Positions 12,426 to 43,625 of a DNA stretch of 43,625 bases are shown one piece after another. Made by a program: the position numbers and the translations under genes. How positions within the stretch are numbered: position 1 is the first letter of the stretch; each line of letters opens with the position of its first letter. Source of the stretch: Macrostomum lignano (lineage: Eukaryota); the NCBI GenBank assembly GCA_002269645.1, contig NIVC01004511.1, positions 1 through 43,625 of the forward strand. Reading direction: 5' to 3'. The notes beneath the pieces are model-generated. The model had not been told where the DNA came from, made no database searches, and worked only from the letters and a program-made list of their open reading frames with translations.

Positions 12426-12999
12426 AGCTGGGCGACTAAAGCGGCAGGACGATACACTCGAAAATCCGCTAAAGGCCGGTTTTTAAATCCATTTTTCCAT
12501 ACTTCAAAATCCATTAGCCAGATAAGAAGTTTTAAATTTTTTTTTGATTCCACCTGTAATTTCTCACCTGGACTTTCGAATAGCAAATGGAGCAAGCATG
12601 TGTTTTTTTCGGAGATTCATGACTCGCATATTAGTCGAGGAAAAAGTTTGAAAGAGTATTATTACGAATGGACGGCGTAGAGCCTTCCCAAAGCCAAAGC
12701 AATAACCGCGAAATAACCCCAAAGCAATAACTGAAAAGAAAGCAGCAAGAGCCGATGGTAAAAGACAAGAGAAAAAACTTTTCCGAACCGCGCCTGCACC
12801 GTAGGTGACAACTTTTATGAGCTTCACTACATCACCGCAAGTCTTTAAGAGAGGTTGCAGTTCACCGCATCGCTGCGCCAGTCGCACACGCACTGGATTA
12901 CTGGACATTCAGGCCGGCCCGGGACCTCTCCGCAGGCTTTGCAGCGTGTACCCGGCCGCACTGATGCCCGCCATGCCGAGTCAGGACTTAAACTGCCTG

Positions 13000-13950
13000 T
13001 CCAGTTTGCGAGACGTCGTGTTCTGATCTTCTTTGACCTTCTTTGCACTTTGACAGCGCGTTCAAAACGCAGCAGAGGCGGATCAACGTGACTCGCTGGC
13101 CGCAGGCTGGACTTTCTGAACATTCTTCACTAAGTGCACAAAATTGCCCCCCAGCAGGCCGCCTGCAAAAGGATTTGAGCCGTCAACTTGACGTTGCAGT
13201 CTCATCAGGCTTGATCAGATCTGCCTGTGTGCACCCGAACCCTTCAATAGGAGCTAAGCAGGGTTGTCCATCATTTGGCCAACAGTTCGCGAGGTCCTCG
13301 ACTCGGCACCACAGCTGGTCGAGATGCTACTCTGGGCAGAAGCATTGCCAAGAGCGCACAGCGGAAGATAGGAACTTCTTGGATGAAGGAGCGTAGGCCC
13401 GATCAAGAAGCTTGGCGGTGGCGAAGTCGAGAGACCCAGGGAGGCAACCTGAAATAGGAGAAAAACGGGGGTAGGCGGAAGGCAGCATCTGCAAACAGCT
13501 GAAAGCGACCCGACACATGATGGGCGGTGTCCGTGACGTTCAGCTTTACGCCTACGAGTAGTAGGCCACTAGATGGAAAACGCCAAAACTAGATGGCAAC
13601 CCGACAATTCTGTAGCTGATGACGCCAGTGCATCAGGGCAAGCAAGACATCGAAAACATCAGCTGCTGCTCCAACCAGACAGGCATCGATCTCCATGGCA
13701 ACCAGGCTGCTATCAGCATGCTAGAGCTCTCGGCCCTGCTGCTGTTGCAAAGCTTTGCTTCACCAGAAAAGCTGCTCTTTAACTGCTCATCAAGCAGCAG
13801 ACTATCGCCCGGACCTGAAGGCTCGCTATCGCGGTCAGTCAGCTCGTGCAGAAAAGGCCGGCAACTGCAGATCACCTGGCTGGCCCAGTTTCGCTTGCCA
13901 AACGCGATTCTGCAATTTCCGCTTCCAGATCCGCTGCATCGCACTGCACT
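13000..13950 (+). pseudogene. Decayed DIRS-type RT-RNase H
   Basis: LDFLNILH*VH, NFLDE (~13376), DDASASG (13618-13638), PW, ISMLELSALL (~13710-13740), QITWLA..N, with many stops and frameshifts. Confidence 0.45.
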
Positions 13951-14249
13951 GACTGATGAAATTTGAAACTCTTTTGGTACTTGGCAAGCTCATGAGCCCG
14001 GACTGCGGGTTGAACTGGATCCCCAGAAAGCATATTTCCTGGGTCGGATGAATGAACTTTTGCCATCCATCGTGTGGGTTGGCTCAGCACCGCTGTCAAA
14101 TGTAAACTTCAAAGCAGTGAAGCAGTGGTCACTCGGGTGAATGCTGCAGAGCCAGTAGGCTTTGCTCAGATCCACTTTGCACATGAACATCCAACCATAA
14201 TGACAAATAATAATAACAATGATTGCAGGAAGGTTTTGAACGCTCAGTC

Positions 14250-14520
14250 TCGCATAGCCTTCGGCGACACCGTTCCACACACTGCTCTGACGGCAATTCT
14301 GCCCATCCCGCTGGCTCCTGAGCACATACAAGCGCGCCAATGCTGTACACAGGCACGCACTCACGCACACGCTCACACAGGGTGTACAGCGGCCCTGGCT
14401 TTCTAATCGTCAGGCATGTGCAGTCTCTGCGCCTTGGGGGCGGCCCGTCGTGGGTGTGAATTTTTCATGCACACAAGCCCCAAATCAATGTGCTTGCTCA
14501 CGGAACCGAGCCAGGGTCGA
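14250..14520 (-). mobile_element. SINE-like family 2 copy
   Basis: Shares GACGGCAATTCTGCCCATCCCGCTGGCTCCTGAGC...GGGTGTACAGCGGCCCTG with the other copies; decayed B-box at 14502-14512. Confidence 0.65.
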
Positions 14521-14934
14521 GGCACAAGAGTTCGACTTTGTTTTTCAAATTTCTTTGTGGCTTCCCTTGCAGCTGAAAAGCGCCTTTGTCAGACATTTGA
14601 AAACAGAGTGCAAGTTTCAAGTTGCAAAGCATTTCTGAATAAAAAAAGCGAAAAATCTGTAGCTGTTTCTAAGAAATAAAATCAGTTTCCGTCTCCAGAA
14701 AATCCAGTTATCAAAGGGTTTCCCGGTCGTGGATAAAGTTGCCGAAGGAGAAGAAGAAGAAGGGTCGATATCAGATGCACCAGTTGACATGGACCCATCT
14801 TTGGGAATCTATATGTAATATTAGTATTAAACAGCGAAAGCAAATTTGATCATTCAATTAGTAATCTCATTGTTATATCAAAATGGATTGAACGAATTTT
14901 TTAATTAATTACTAAGGAATCCAAACTGAAACTT

Positions 14935-15110
14935 ACCCTCAATTACCCCAGCTAATGCTGGCACCCATTTTACAGCTGGGTGAACTGAAGCAATGCAGAG
15001 TTAAGTGTCTTGCTCAAGGACACAATTTGTTCTGAGTGAGTCGAGAATCGAACCCCCGACCTTTCAGTCGAGAGTCTGGCGCTCTTACCACTAGGCTACG
15101 CTACAACCTC
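14935..15110 (-). mobile_element. CORE-type SINE, second copy, 3'-truncated
   Basis: Reverse complement reads TAGCCTAGTGGTAAGAGCG...GGTTCGATTCTC...GTGTCCTTGAGCAAGACACTT...CAGCTGTAAAATGGGTGCCAGCATTAGCTGGGGTAATTGAGGG; the last ~60 nt match copy 1 essentially exactly. Confidence 0.8.
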
Positions 15111-15829
15111 ATTGATTTCGTGAACTCATAAAAAACCCATCAAAGTACGGACGCACAACACAAATTTGTTTAATATCTGCTTATAACTGAAGACTAATTC
15201 TACCTACCGAGGACTATTTTGAAGCTTTGATAACATCGAAAACTGAGCGACTGAATGAGCTAAGTTAACTCGTTGTAATTTGCTAGTGTCATTAGACTTC
15301 AGCACTTCTGCAGTGGCTAACAATAATCCTAAATTAAGCTTAAAACCAGCACAATCTCTAAAACTTGCATTATTTTTTACAAATAGTGGTACAAATGAAG
15401 GTGAAATTTAGGCTTGTGGGTACAGAAAAAGATAGAACAATAGCAAAAACACAATGGATTAGATGACTGGGGACCGACAGACTTCTGGGGTGGGTGTGCA
15501 GAATAATTAATTGAATAAAGTTTAATTTTGGATGCGTGAGCGCCAGTCAGGCGCAAAAAACCATCCCTACTTGGCATTTGTTTGCCGCGACTCGCCTTGC
15601 AGCCAACAAACCTTCTTTTGTTCTACGTAGAGATTCACAGGCAAAACACAATAAAGGAATGAACCCTTTGGTTAACTAGGCTCACCAGAAACTTGGATCG
15701 TAGCCCATAATGCATCAATAAGCCAGCATCGACAAGACGTGGTTGCTAAAGCAATGGGAGATTACAACAATTGTTAAACTCATTTGTCGAGCTATCAGTC
15801 CACAAGTTTTAACACAAGTTCCCCGATGC

Positions 15830-17125
15830 TCAGAAGGTAAAGGAGGCGTCCTCGACCGCGTAGGGGCTCCGGCGACAGTCGCAGCTGGTGCAGCGGCACT
15901 GCTGCCCTCGTCGGCAACGGCGCCGGATGCTCTCAGCGAGGCGGCCGAAGCTGCGATGCCACAGCCGAACGAAGGCGATCCGGTACTGCCGGTTGGCGCA
16001 CGCGTAAATCAGGCTGTTCGTGGCGAAGTGGACCAGGTACAGAGTCTGGGACAGCCGGCGGAACAGGTTAAATATCAACGACCCCACCGAGGTGGTGATG
16101 GAGGCGGTGTAGCCGCAGATCAGCACCAGGTAGTTGGGCAGATTCAGCAGCACGTAGGCCAGCGAGAAACCCAGCAGCATGCTGGTCACCTGACTCTGCA
16201 GTCGGCCGCTCAAGGTGGACGTCAACGGCGCCTGCTGCTGCTGCTCGTTGCTATGACGACTGCATTGCGTCTCGATGGCGTCGCGGTCAGGTGCTACGGC
16301 GACCATCTGATAGGAGCAGCCGAAAGCAGCAGCTTCGTCAAGCTGTCGCTCGTCAGTGTTCGCGGCTGCTCTGTTGAACGCCGAGGTTGCTGCGGCGGTT
16401 TCTGCTCGGGCCAGGCTGGTGTAGGTGCGGCGCACCCTGATGCAGATGAAGGCGTTGAGACCGGTGAGCAGCAAGCCGGGTATCACCGAGGAGCCGAGGC
16501 TGTCCAGCACGGCTAGAGCTTCGGCTCCGGGCCTCGGCTTGCAGTTCATCAGGGTGCCGTTGTAGTTGGGGTCGGGCTCGTACACGTTCGTGTAGAACAC
16601 GTGGGTGTTGAGCAGAATGGAGAGCAGCACCAGGCAGCCAAGGAGGTGTCGAGAGCGGGCGCAGCCTCCGAAACGGCTGCCGCCACCTTCACCACCGCCG
16701 CTGCTGGAGCTGTCGCCGCCGGCGACTCCGTGTCCAGAGACGCAGAGCACCCGATCCAGGGTGATGCACACCAGCAGCCAGGGACTCAGGAAGGCGAACA
16801 CGCTGTAAGCGAATATTGAAGCGAAGCAGCCGACCGGGCTGTGAATGTGCAGGTCGGAGTTCCTCACCAGCAGATAGCTGAGCAATAGCAGCAAATCGTT
16901 CAGCGACAAGAATCTCAGGTAAGCTGCCAGGTAGTGCCTCCAGATTACTCGCTGAGAGAATACCAGGCAGCTGACAAGATTGGCGGCTAGTCCAGCTACT
17001 AGAATAGGCGTGTCCATGAATAGCAGACAGTGCATGAGCTTCTCCAGCAACAGGAAAAGACTAACTTGATGAGGATCCGCACTTGCGCTTGAATTCGAGG
17101 CGTTTCCGACTGAGCTGGCAGACAT
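15830..17125 (-). CDS. Intronless rhodopsin-family (class A) GPCR, neuropeptide-receptor-like (FMRFamide/SPR/myosuppressin-type group), 431 aa
   Basis: Seven hydrophobic segments with motif variants: AN (TM1), LSLND (TM2), GC before TM3, SPWLLVCITLDRV, ECL2 Cys, LLNLP (TM6), ATNSLIY followed by RQYRIAF (helix 8); N-terminal N-x-S sequons. Confidence 0.88.
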   Translation of the reverse strand: MSASSVGNASNSSASADPHQVSLFLLLEKLMHCLLFMDTPILVAGLAANLVSCLVFSQRVIWRHYLAAYLRFLSLNDLLLLLSYLLVRNSDLHIHSPVGCFASIFAYSVFAFLSPWLLVCITLDRVLCVSGHGVAGGDSSSSGGGEGGGSRFGGCARSRHLLGCLVLLSILLNTHVFYTNVYEPDPNYNGTLMNCKPRPGAEALAVLDSLGSSVIPGLLLTGLNAFICIRVRRTYTSLARAETAAATSAFNRAAANTDERQLDEAAAFGCSYQMVAVAPDRDAIETQCSRHSNEQQQQAPLTSTLSGRLQSQVTSMLLGFSLAYVLLNLPNYLVLICGYTASITTSVGSLIFNLFRRLSQTLYLVHFATNSLIYACANRQYRIAFVRLWHRSFGRLAESIRRRCRRGQQCRCTSCDCRRSPYAVEDASFTF

Positions 17126-17184
17126 TTTCCGTGCTTGCCGTATGGAGTGGAGCGGAGAATTGCCGAGCTGTAAACTAGCTGGGG

Positions 17185-17275
17185 CAGCTGACGTGATAAA
17201 TATTCCTTCCCAGTGGATTTTTCAAGCCGCTCCCATCTTGGCGCATTCCTACTTGTCGCCATCTGATCAGCCAAT
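17185..17275 (-). promoter_or_regulatory. Possible GPCR core promoter (TATA-like TATTTAT, CRE-like TGACGTGA, CCAAT)
   Basis: Motifs lie about 65-150 nt upstream of the ATG at 17125; short motifs only. Confidence 0.3.
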
Positions 17276-17399
17276 GGTAGGTTTAGGAAGGCATCTGCCG
17301 TATGTATTCCATTCACACTGTCTTCTTGTAAACACCCGCCACTCGGTCGGTCTTCTCTCTTTTCAACATATTTTTAATCAATTTTATAAAAAAAACATT

Positions 17400-17680
17400 C
17401 GTTGGAGGGCTGTGGAGCACCCTGGCGCATCGTCCTTCGGCGACGCCCGTCCAACAGCCAGCGCTGACGGCAATTCTGCCCATCCCGCTGGCTCCTGAGC
17501 GCATGCAAGCGCGCCAATGCTGTACGCAGGCACGCACTCATGCACACGCTCACACAGGGTGTACAGCGGCCCTGACGTCCAAATCGTCAGGCATGTACAC
17601 TCTCTGCGCCTTGGGGGTTGGCCATTGTGGGTGTGAATCGCACGACAACCCCAGGCCAATTTTCGTGTAAAAGCCCTGCG
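17400..17680 (-). mobile_element. SINE-like family 2 copy, 5'-truncated, ~275 bp upstream of the GPCR ATG
   Basis: High identity by eye to 14260-14460; diverges before the B-box region. Confidence 0.65.
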
Positions 17681-17799
17681 AGAGTTGGACGCGTTTACCG
17701 CTGAGGTGCTCACCCGCTCTGTTGGCGGCTGGCTACTATCAACAGCCAGAATGAGGTTAACTTCTAAACATATTGGCAGATTAGTGAATATCTGTAATT

Positions 17800-18400
17800 T
17801 CATCTCCTTTAGCTTGAAGTCCCTGAGTCTTTCTCAGAGCCCCATGCGGGAAGCTTTGGAAGTCCTCTTGACCAGTGATGAAAAAGAGAGTCAATCGGCT
17901 GCAAAAACTGAGCCATTCTTCTACCGTAGGAACTCGACTGTCTGTAAGATAATTAAACCAGGCTGAAAGCTCACCAGTCGCTAAAGAATCCAATTTCCAA
18001 AGAAACAATCGACCGTTGTGTGACTCAAGGACTCAAAGCAGCCTTCTCCGCTCCCAAGTCACGAATCAGCGAAATTGCATCTCCCAACGTTCGAGTTTTC
18101 ATTTCTTGGATTGTGATAGCGCGTGCAGCGACCCTCTGTTAGCTGTGGCTAGCAAGGCTGGCATAACTCATGCAGACAATGCCTGGGCTAAACCTGTGCA
18201 CGATAATTGGTCCAGAAAAGTCAATACTGCGGATCAAAACGACAAAACATGATTGCCATTGCTTCTTACCCGCCAAATTGCCAATTTAATCTTAACATAG
18301 CCATATCATGCTCTCTTGGCTTGCTGCAGGAAGTAACCCTGTTAGAGTGCTGGTTCCCATGGGAACTCAGCTCCAGGTCCGAGCGAGATTGCAAGAGACA
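17800..18400 (+). pseudogene. Decayed DIRS-type RNase H / methyltransferase-like fragment
   Basis: NSTVCKIIKPG, VFISWI..THAD, IAS..AKLP, MLSW and CWFP remnants in DIRS order across frames. Confidence 0.33.
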
Positions 18401-18584
18401 CTTAGAGAGTGAAATTGAACCCGAACCTAAGTAAAGTGAAAAAACTCCATTATTTATTACAAGTTTCTCGCCGACGGCACTAAAAACTGGTTGTTGCACG
18501 AGCTTCTATGGATAATTGCGTTTGTTCCAGCAAATTGGCTGCATCATCTGATGCCTTCGACTTTTGGAAATTCTCTACCAAACG

Positions 18585-19230
18585 TTATATTTAATGCTCT
18601 ACCTCATTGCCTACCTAATGCTCTACCTCATTGTCTACCTAATGCTCTACCTCATTATCTACCTAATGCTCTACATCATTATCTACCTAATGCTCAACCT
18701 CATTATCTACCTAATGCTCAACCTCATTATCTACCTAATGCTCAACCCCATTATCTACCTAATGCTCAACCTCATTATCTACTTAATGCTCTACTCATTA
18801 TATACCGAATGCTCTACATCATTATCTACCGAATGCTCTACATCATTATCTACCTAATGCTATACCTCATTATCTACCTAATGCTCTACCTCATTATCTA
18901 CTTAATGCTCTACATCATTATCTACCTAATGCTCTACCTCATTATCTACCTAATGCTCTACCTCATTATCTACCTAATGCTCAACCCCATTATCTACCTA
19001 ATGCTCAACCTCATTATCTACTTAATGCTCTACTCATTATATACCGAATGCTCTACATCATTATCTACCTAATGCTATACCTCATTATCTACCTAATGCT
19101 CTACCTCATTATCTACTTAATGCTCTACCTCATTATCTACCTAATGCTCTACCTCATTATCTACTTAATGCTCTACCTCATTATCTACCGAAGGCTCTCA
19201 CTCATTATCTACCGAATTCTACCTCATTAT
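18585..19230. repeat. 24-bp minisatellite AATGCTCTACCTCATTATCTACCT
   Basis: Direct reading. Confidence 0.95.
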
Positions 19231-19519
19231 GTACCTGAGCTTATCTGTGAAAAAGCTTTTCAGAGAAGTACATTGGCTAAATTATAAAACAAAATTTCGT
19301 GATACACTACGATACATTGAGCTGCTGTAAACTTTCAGAATGTTTAACCAACATCTGAGAATTGCAATACTGAATTTAAATCGTCTTTATAAGAATCTTT
19401 GAGTACATAGAGTTAAATTTCTAGCTACCTAACACCCGCCTGCCTCTTTGTCAGCCGGGCTTATAAAACCGCGCTGAGCCAGGACCTCGCCTGTGGACAC
19501 GCGGTCGAAGTACTATTAA

Positions 19520-19650
19520 AGTTCTATTAGAGTTCTATTAGAGTTCTATTAGAGTTCTATTAGAGTTCTATTAGAGTTCTATTAGAGTTATATTAGAGTT
19601 CTATTAGAGTTCTATTAGAGTTCTGTTAGAGTTCTGTTAGAGTTCTGTTA
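19520..19650. repeat. 11-bp tandem repeat TTAGAGTTCTA
   Basis: Direct reading. Confidence 0.95.
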
Positions 19651-20052
19651 AACTATTCGAGCATGCACACTCATTTCATAAACTATAAGCGATTCGCTTC
19701 ACTATTTTATTTCTGCTGTTGAGTAGGGCTTATCTCTTACATCAGGGATCAGATATAAACATTCCCTAAGGTACGAGCTATTTATCGGTCGAAACTAATG
19801 GCATAATTTGTTGCATAATTGCCATGAAATTTTATTCTCTTCCTGGAAAATGTCTCGAAAAAGGATGAGCCGCACTCAAAGCTCGCAAATTTTTTATCAT
19901 ATCCATCAAAGCCCTGTGCGCGAATTCCCTAGGGAGGCATTTTCTCGTTTTACGCTACAAGAAGTTTAATGCTCTTAGGGACTGGAATGGCGTGCATGGA
20001 GACTCGTAAGAAGGTATTTAAAATCAAAATCATTTAGTGACGTTTGCGAAAG

Positions 20053-20320
<268 letters not shown>

Positions 20321-20861
20321 TAAGGCAAACGAAGGAGATGCGATGAAGAAGCATTGTCCCCCAGACTCTCTGAGCAGTGCAGATCGGATTTTGTCAGAGA
20401 CACTTTACGGTTCGTACTTGTTCGCTCTGGGTGCGAGAGCTATTGTCAGAATTGGGTTTTATGTGATGATGCATGGGACAAAACATATAAAAAAACCTTC
20501 TACCCACCTCTATATTTCTCTTACTTCCGTTAAATGGCTACGAGATTGAACTGTCAATGCAGTCAATGGTGTTTTCAGATCAGCCTCAAAGTCCCTCAGC
20601 CTTAGTTTTTCAAGCAGGCTCAACAAAGTAACCAAAGTTAAACTGTAACAGAACAAAAAGTATTCGAATGCAGAATGTATCCGCTTTTATTTTGGCGAAG
20701 CCGGTTTTTTACTATTGTAGTATAGCTTCGATTGTGAGGCGCCGGCTTCTTTTAACTGTGGTAGAGAGACGACTCAGACTATTTGTATGCAGAAATTTGG
20801 TCGCCAAAAAAGTGTACAACAGCCCGCGATCCACTGGCCACCACAGCTACGTATTCAACTG

Positions 20862-21150
20862 ATTTATCACGTTTGACTCTGGTTCGATTCCGTACGCAAA
20901 CAGACATTCATTTGGGGCTGGTGTGCACGAAAATTGGCGGGGGGGTTGTCGTGCGATTCACAGCCACGAAGGCGCAGAGAGTGTACATGCCTTACGATTA
21001 GAACATCAAAGGACCGCCGTAACGCCATGTATGAGCGCATGCATGAGTGCGTGCCTTCGTACAGTATTAGCGCGCTTGCATGTGCTCAGGAGCCAGCGGA
21101 ATGGGCAGCATTGCCGTCAGCGCTGGCTGTGGGGGACGACGTCGCTAAAA
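20862..21150 (+). mobile_element. Second dispersed repeat family (SINE-like), copy with intact B-box
   Basis: GGTTCGATTCC at 20881-20891, followed by a body shared with 14250-14520, 17400-17680, 2172-2325 and 26978-27045. Confidence 0.6.
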
Positions 21151-21399
21151 GAGGGGGGGGGCGATGGAAAAACCGGGAGGGCAGGCAGCGGACAGCCACG
21201 ACCCCCACCCCCGTCGGCCAGCCAATCACAAACCGCCGCGGCGCAGGGCAGAGAAAACTGGGCTGGGCTGCAATACCAACTTGAGAAGGGAGTGGACAGA
21301 GTAGGCAAGGCCAGGTTGAGGCTTAAGGCTCCAAACCCCGGTCTGACCCACCGGCCTAACTATAGCGAGTCTGCTCCCAGCTTAGCCTCGGCTACTAAA

Positions 21400-21800
21400 A
21401 ATCCCTTTAGCTAGCTCTGATTGTTTTGATGAGCAAAACCGCAAGTGCAGACAAGCGTGAGCAGCGGTTCTCGGCATCTGGCAGTTTGGTCTTTGTGCCC
21501 TCCCCCCTCGACTCGAATCTTTTTTGAGAGAGCCAACATCAAAGGCGCTGCCGCCGTCACACACTTCTACGGTCCATCAGGTCAGCTCGTGCTCCCTTGT
21601 TGAAGAAGGGCCTCGCCGTCCAGTCTCAAGGGAACCAGAAACAACTCCCTACAAAGCTGCATCAAAGGACCTCTAAGACACTGCTTAGACGGTACTAGCT
21701 GTTGAGAAGAGGACATAGGACTGAGCCTCGGGGCCAGTTTGCATAGGGGCTGTGGGCACTGCCCAGTTTTAAGCAGAAGCCAGACGCGAGAATGTGCTGC
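21400..21800 (-). pseudogene. Possible decayed DIRS-type RT N-terminal fragment
   Basis: ELFLVPLRLDG resembles LFLVPKKDG; little other support. Confidence 0.25.
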
Positions 21801-22561
21801 GACAGTCAGACACAAGTATTAACGTGTCTAATGCTCCTATTTCCTAGTGGAAAACATCCACTTTTACAAAAAACAAGCGTCGCATCGTTTCTCGTCATCA
21901 AAAAAAATTGCTTTGAGAAATTTTCTTCAGTAGAAGTTGAAAATAGACTCTACAGTCGTAGTTTTTCAGGTACCACATGGGCACTGTTCAAGTAGCTATT
22001 AATTAGTCCAGGAAAAAAATTGGTGGAAAAATTAGGCGCTGACACGAGCACCTGCCTGCACCTATTGACCCTTTCTTTCTCGCACTAAATCAACAGTAGC
22101 TATCTCAACTTCTGCATTTCTGATTTGCTAAAGGAGCAAGTAAGCAAAATATTGTCTGAGTTCGTTGTGAAAACTCTGAAAATAATTGAAGTAAAATGCA
22201 GAACTTATGGGAGGAATAAACAAACTTGTTTGCACGTAAATTTGTCTGGAAGAATGCACTAAAGGCGCATAAAATCCCTGCGATTGTAGATTCCGGGTTG
22301 TATTTTTACGATAGAAAAATATAAGTCCAAGTTCAGTTGAGGTCTGTGGGTTTTAACAGCAGATGAATCTTGTTCCCAGAATCAGCATTCAGACCTGACG
22401 GTGAATTCCGTTAGTACAAATTTGAATTGGTACATCGCAAACTTTTCCAACCCCTGCTTAGATACAAAAAATTGTAGCATCCTTCGTTACGGAAATATGT
22501 CTATGGCTCAAAAAAGGGCCGCTCTGCCCCCACAAAGTTCTTCGGCCCTACTTCCCCTATG

Positions 22562-22780
<219 letters not shown>

Positions 22781-23349
22781 TAAAATAAATCGCTTGGCAA
22801 CCATGAATTCTTTTTGAAGATATGCACTATAATTGCTTCATTCGGTATTTGGAAGTGTTAAAAAACTCAATGCGTTTTGCAGCAACAATCACACCATTTG
22901 CGATGAAAGCAACCGTTTGCTTCAGCTGTCCACGAGGCAAGTCAGTGTTGCAGAAACCAAATGCCAGGACTCAATTTTATCGCGGAAAACTGGAGTAGCC
23001 AGACGCCCCAGGAGAATTACTCAGGCCCGCCTCCCCTGGACTGAGTGAAATTTGATGCTGAAAAAGCGAAGCCTAACTAAAGTGAAAAAAGTTCTCGTCA
23101 ACTTGCAACTGGAAGTGGTCTGGTAATTTGAGCACCAATAACTGGATTGACTCACTCCTTAATTGTGTCAATGTAGCTTAAAATTTGTAAAACTTTTATC
23201 AGCTAATTTGAAGAGGAATAACGACGGCTAATCGATCTACATTCCTCCGACGATAAGTTCAGTCTGATTCGCAGTCTGGCCATAAATATTCAGTTCGTGT
23301 ACTTTAACAGACCGTGCATGGCTACTAACAGTAGGAAATAAGTACATAA

Positions 23350-23826
<477 letters not shown>

Positions 23827-24185
23827 CTTCTACGTCTAAAAATGCAAAGACAATGAAGAAAGCGTCATGAAATGAAGTAGATCACACACGGTTTAATATG
23901 GTGGTAACTGGTGGACAAGAATATCAGAAAAGGACACAATCGCATAACAGCTAAATGCCAGGAGAGACACAGGAAGGAACAACATGCAGGTAACTTGGAT
24001 TGCATGGCAGCAATCTGATGAGGTCAAACGAAGGACAACAGGACTACAGGTATTGTTTTAAAATTGGCCCGCACAACATATCGTCAGTAATGCCGTTAAT
24101 AGGATAAAAGTACATAGATTCAGGCTCAGCTATGAAAAATGAAAGCTTTTATAATTTGTCTGGTAAAGTTTCTAATTCGAATCGT

Positions 24186-24695
24186 ATCGGGATCGCAATC
24201 AGGTGCAATTGGGATCGCAATCAGGTGCAATTGGGATCGCAATCAGGTGCAATCGGGATTGCAATCAGGTGCAATCGGGATCACAATCAGGTACAATCGG
24301 GATCACAATCAGGTGCAATCGGGATTGCAATCAGGTGCAATCGGGATCACAATCAGGTGCAATCGGGATCACAATCAGGTGCAATCGGGATTGCAATCAG
24401 GTGCAATCGGGATCACAATCAGGTACAATCGGGATTGCAATCAGGTGCAATCGGGATCACAATCAGGTACAATCGGGATTGCAATCAGGTGCAATCGGGA
24501 TTGCAATCAGGTGCAATCGGGATTGCAATCAGGTACAATCGGGATTGCAATCAGGTGCAATCGGGATTGCAATCAGGTGCAATCGGGATTGCAATCAGGT
24601 GCAATCGGGATTGCAATCAGGTACAATCGGGATCACAATCAGGTGCAATCGGGATTGCAATCAGGTGCAATCGGGATCACAATCAGGTACAATCT
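24186..24695. repeat. 22-bp minisatellite GCAATCGGGATTGCAATCAGGT
   Basis: Direct reading; unit contains the palindrome TGCAATC-GG-GATTGCA. Confidence 0.95.
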
Positions 24696-24967
24696 ATATC
24701 CCATACTGACATGTTAATAAGTAGATTTATAATGAAAATAAAAATAAAAATACTGGCAAAAATAGTCGTGAATCAACATAGAGAAATTCGCAGCAACAGG
24801 GGCTGATGAATGAACGAGTCGAAAATAAAAGGTATTTTATAAACTATCAATTCGAGAAAACTGTAAGTAGTGCCCAAAGTGGCACAACGTTGAGAACAAC
24901 AGAAAATAATATAATCATAGCTAGATTTCGAAGAAACATATGCCACACCAAATTTATCTAAACTGGC

Positions 24968-24977
24968 TTTATTTATT
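24968..24977 (-). terminator. Candidate polyadenylation signal (overlapping AATAAA x2) for SGSM
   Basis: AATAAATAAA on the minus strand about 45 nt after the stop codon; no transcript data. Confidence 0.35.
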
Positions 24978-25019
24978 ATCCGTTTTTATGGTTTTTTACA
25001 GGAAATTTGTCTCCTGTGC

Positions 25020-42779
<17,760 letters not shown>

Positions 42780-42904
42780 CTGGAAGGAAATAGTTGCCCT
42801 ATTGCTTAATAATATTATTACTAATTTTCACAATACTGCGGGCATCCTGACGCAATGTCTTCAGTGACATTGTCCCACAGCCGGCGCTGACTTCAATTTT
42901 GCAC

Positions 42905-43625
42905 TTATTTTAGCCGCGCAGGCACTCATTTTGGCGCCGCAGGCACTCATTTTAGCGCCGCAGGCACTTATTTTGGCGCCGCAAGCACTCATTTTGGCGC
43001 CGCAGGCACTCATTTTGGCGCCGCAGGCACTTATTTTAGCGCCGCAGGCACTCATTTTGGCGCCGCAGGCACTCATTTTGGCGCCGCATGCACTCATTTT
43101 AGCGCCGCAGGCACTCATTTTAGCGCCGCAGGAACTCATTTTAGCGCCGCAGACACTCATTTTGGCACCGCAGGCACTCATTTTGGCGCCGCAGGCACTC
43201 ATTTTGTCGCCGCAGGCACTCATTTTGGCGCCGCAGGCACTCATTTTGGCGCCGCAGGCACTCATTTTGGCGCTGGAGGCACTCATTTTAGCTCAGCAGG
43301 CACTCATTTTGGCGCCGCAGGCACTCATTTTGGCACCGCAGGCACTCATTTTGGCGCCGCAGGCACTCATTTTGGCGCCGCAGGCACTCATTTTGGCGCC
43401 GCAGGCACTCATTTTGGCACCGCAGGCACTCATTTTGGCGCCGCAGGCACTCATTTTGGCGCCGCAGGCACTCATTTTTGGCGCGCAGGCACTCATTTTG
43501 GCCACCGCAGGCACTCATTTTGGCGGCCACAGGCACTCATTTAGCGCCGCAGGCACTTATTTTGGCGCCGCAGGCACTCATTTTGGCGCCGCAGGCACTC
43601 ATTTTGGCGCCGCAGGCACTCATTT
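42905..43625. repeat. 21-bp CpG-rich minisatellite GCAGGCACTCATTTTGGCGCC (runs off right edge)
   Basis: Direct reading. Confidence 0.97.

Noticed and set aside
14640-14775. Short minus-strand frame (MSTGASDIDPSSSS...) resembling a GPCR N-terminus
   Set aside because: Under 60 aa, with no TM motifs and no splice support.
15743-16516. 257-aa plus-strand ORF
   Set aside because: Antisense shadow of the GC-rich GPCR coding sequence; no domain-like features.

Overview
This is eukaryotic (metazoan) genomic DNA, very rich in repeats. The style (a minisatellite in most introns, Ala/Gln/Ser-rich proteins, homopolymer indels) suggests a flatworm such as Macrostomum, but that is inference. Two host genes are well supported, both on the minus strand. 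(1) A 13-exon portion of an SGSM1/2 (RUTBC) RUN-PH-TBC RabGAP gene at 25020-42779; its 5' end lies beyond the right edge, and the first visible exon carries several frameshifts. (2) An intronless class A peptide-type GPCR at 15830-17125. The left half is a transposon graveyard: a 2.2-kb solo-LTR-like element with 10-bp inverted termini, a 4-bp TSD and an intact-looking Pol II promoter plus splice donor; about six decayed DIRS/Ngaro-type pol fragments; a decayed MULE transposase; two CORE-SINE copies; and five copies of a second, apparently distinct SINE-like family. A 733-bp hAT-type non-autonomous element with an 8-bp TSD sits in an SGSM intron. About 24 tandem arrays account for most long ORFs in the six-frame track, which are artefacts. 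No prokaryotic system or CRISPR array is present. The most interesting leads are speculative: intronic minisatellites built from RFX-like and CCAAT motifs, and a possible LTR-driven spliced small ORF.
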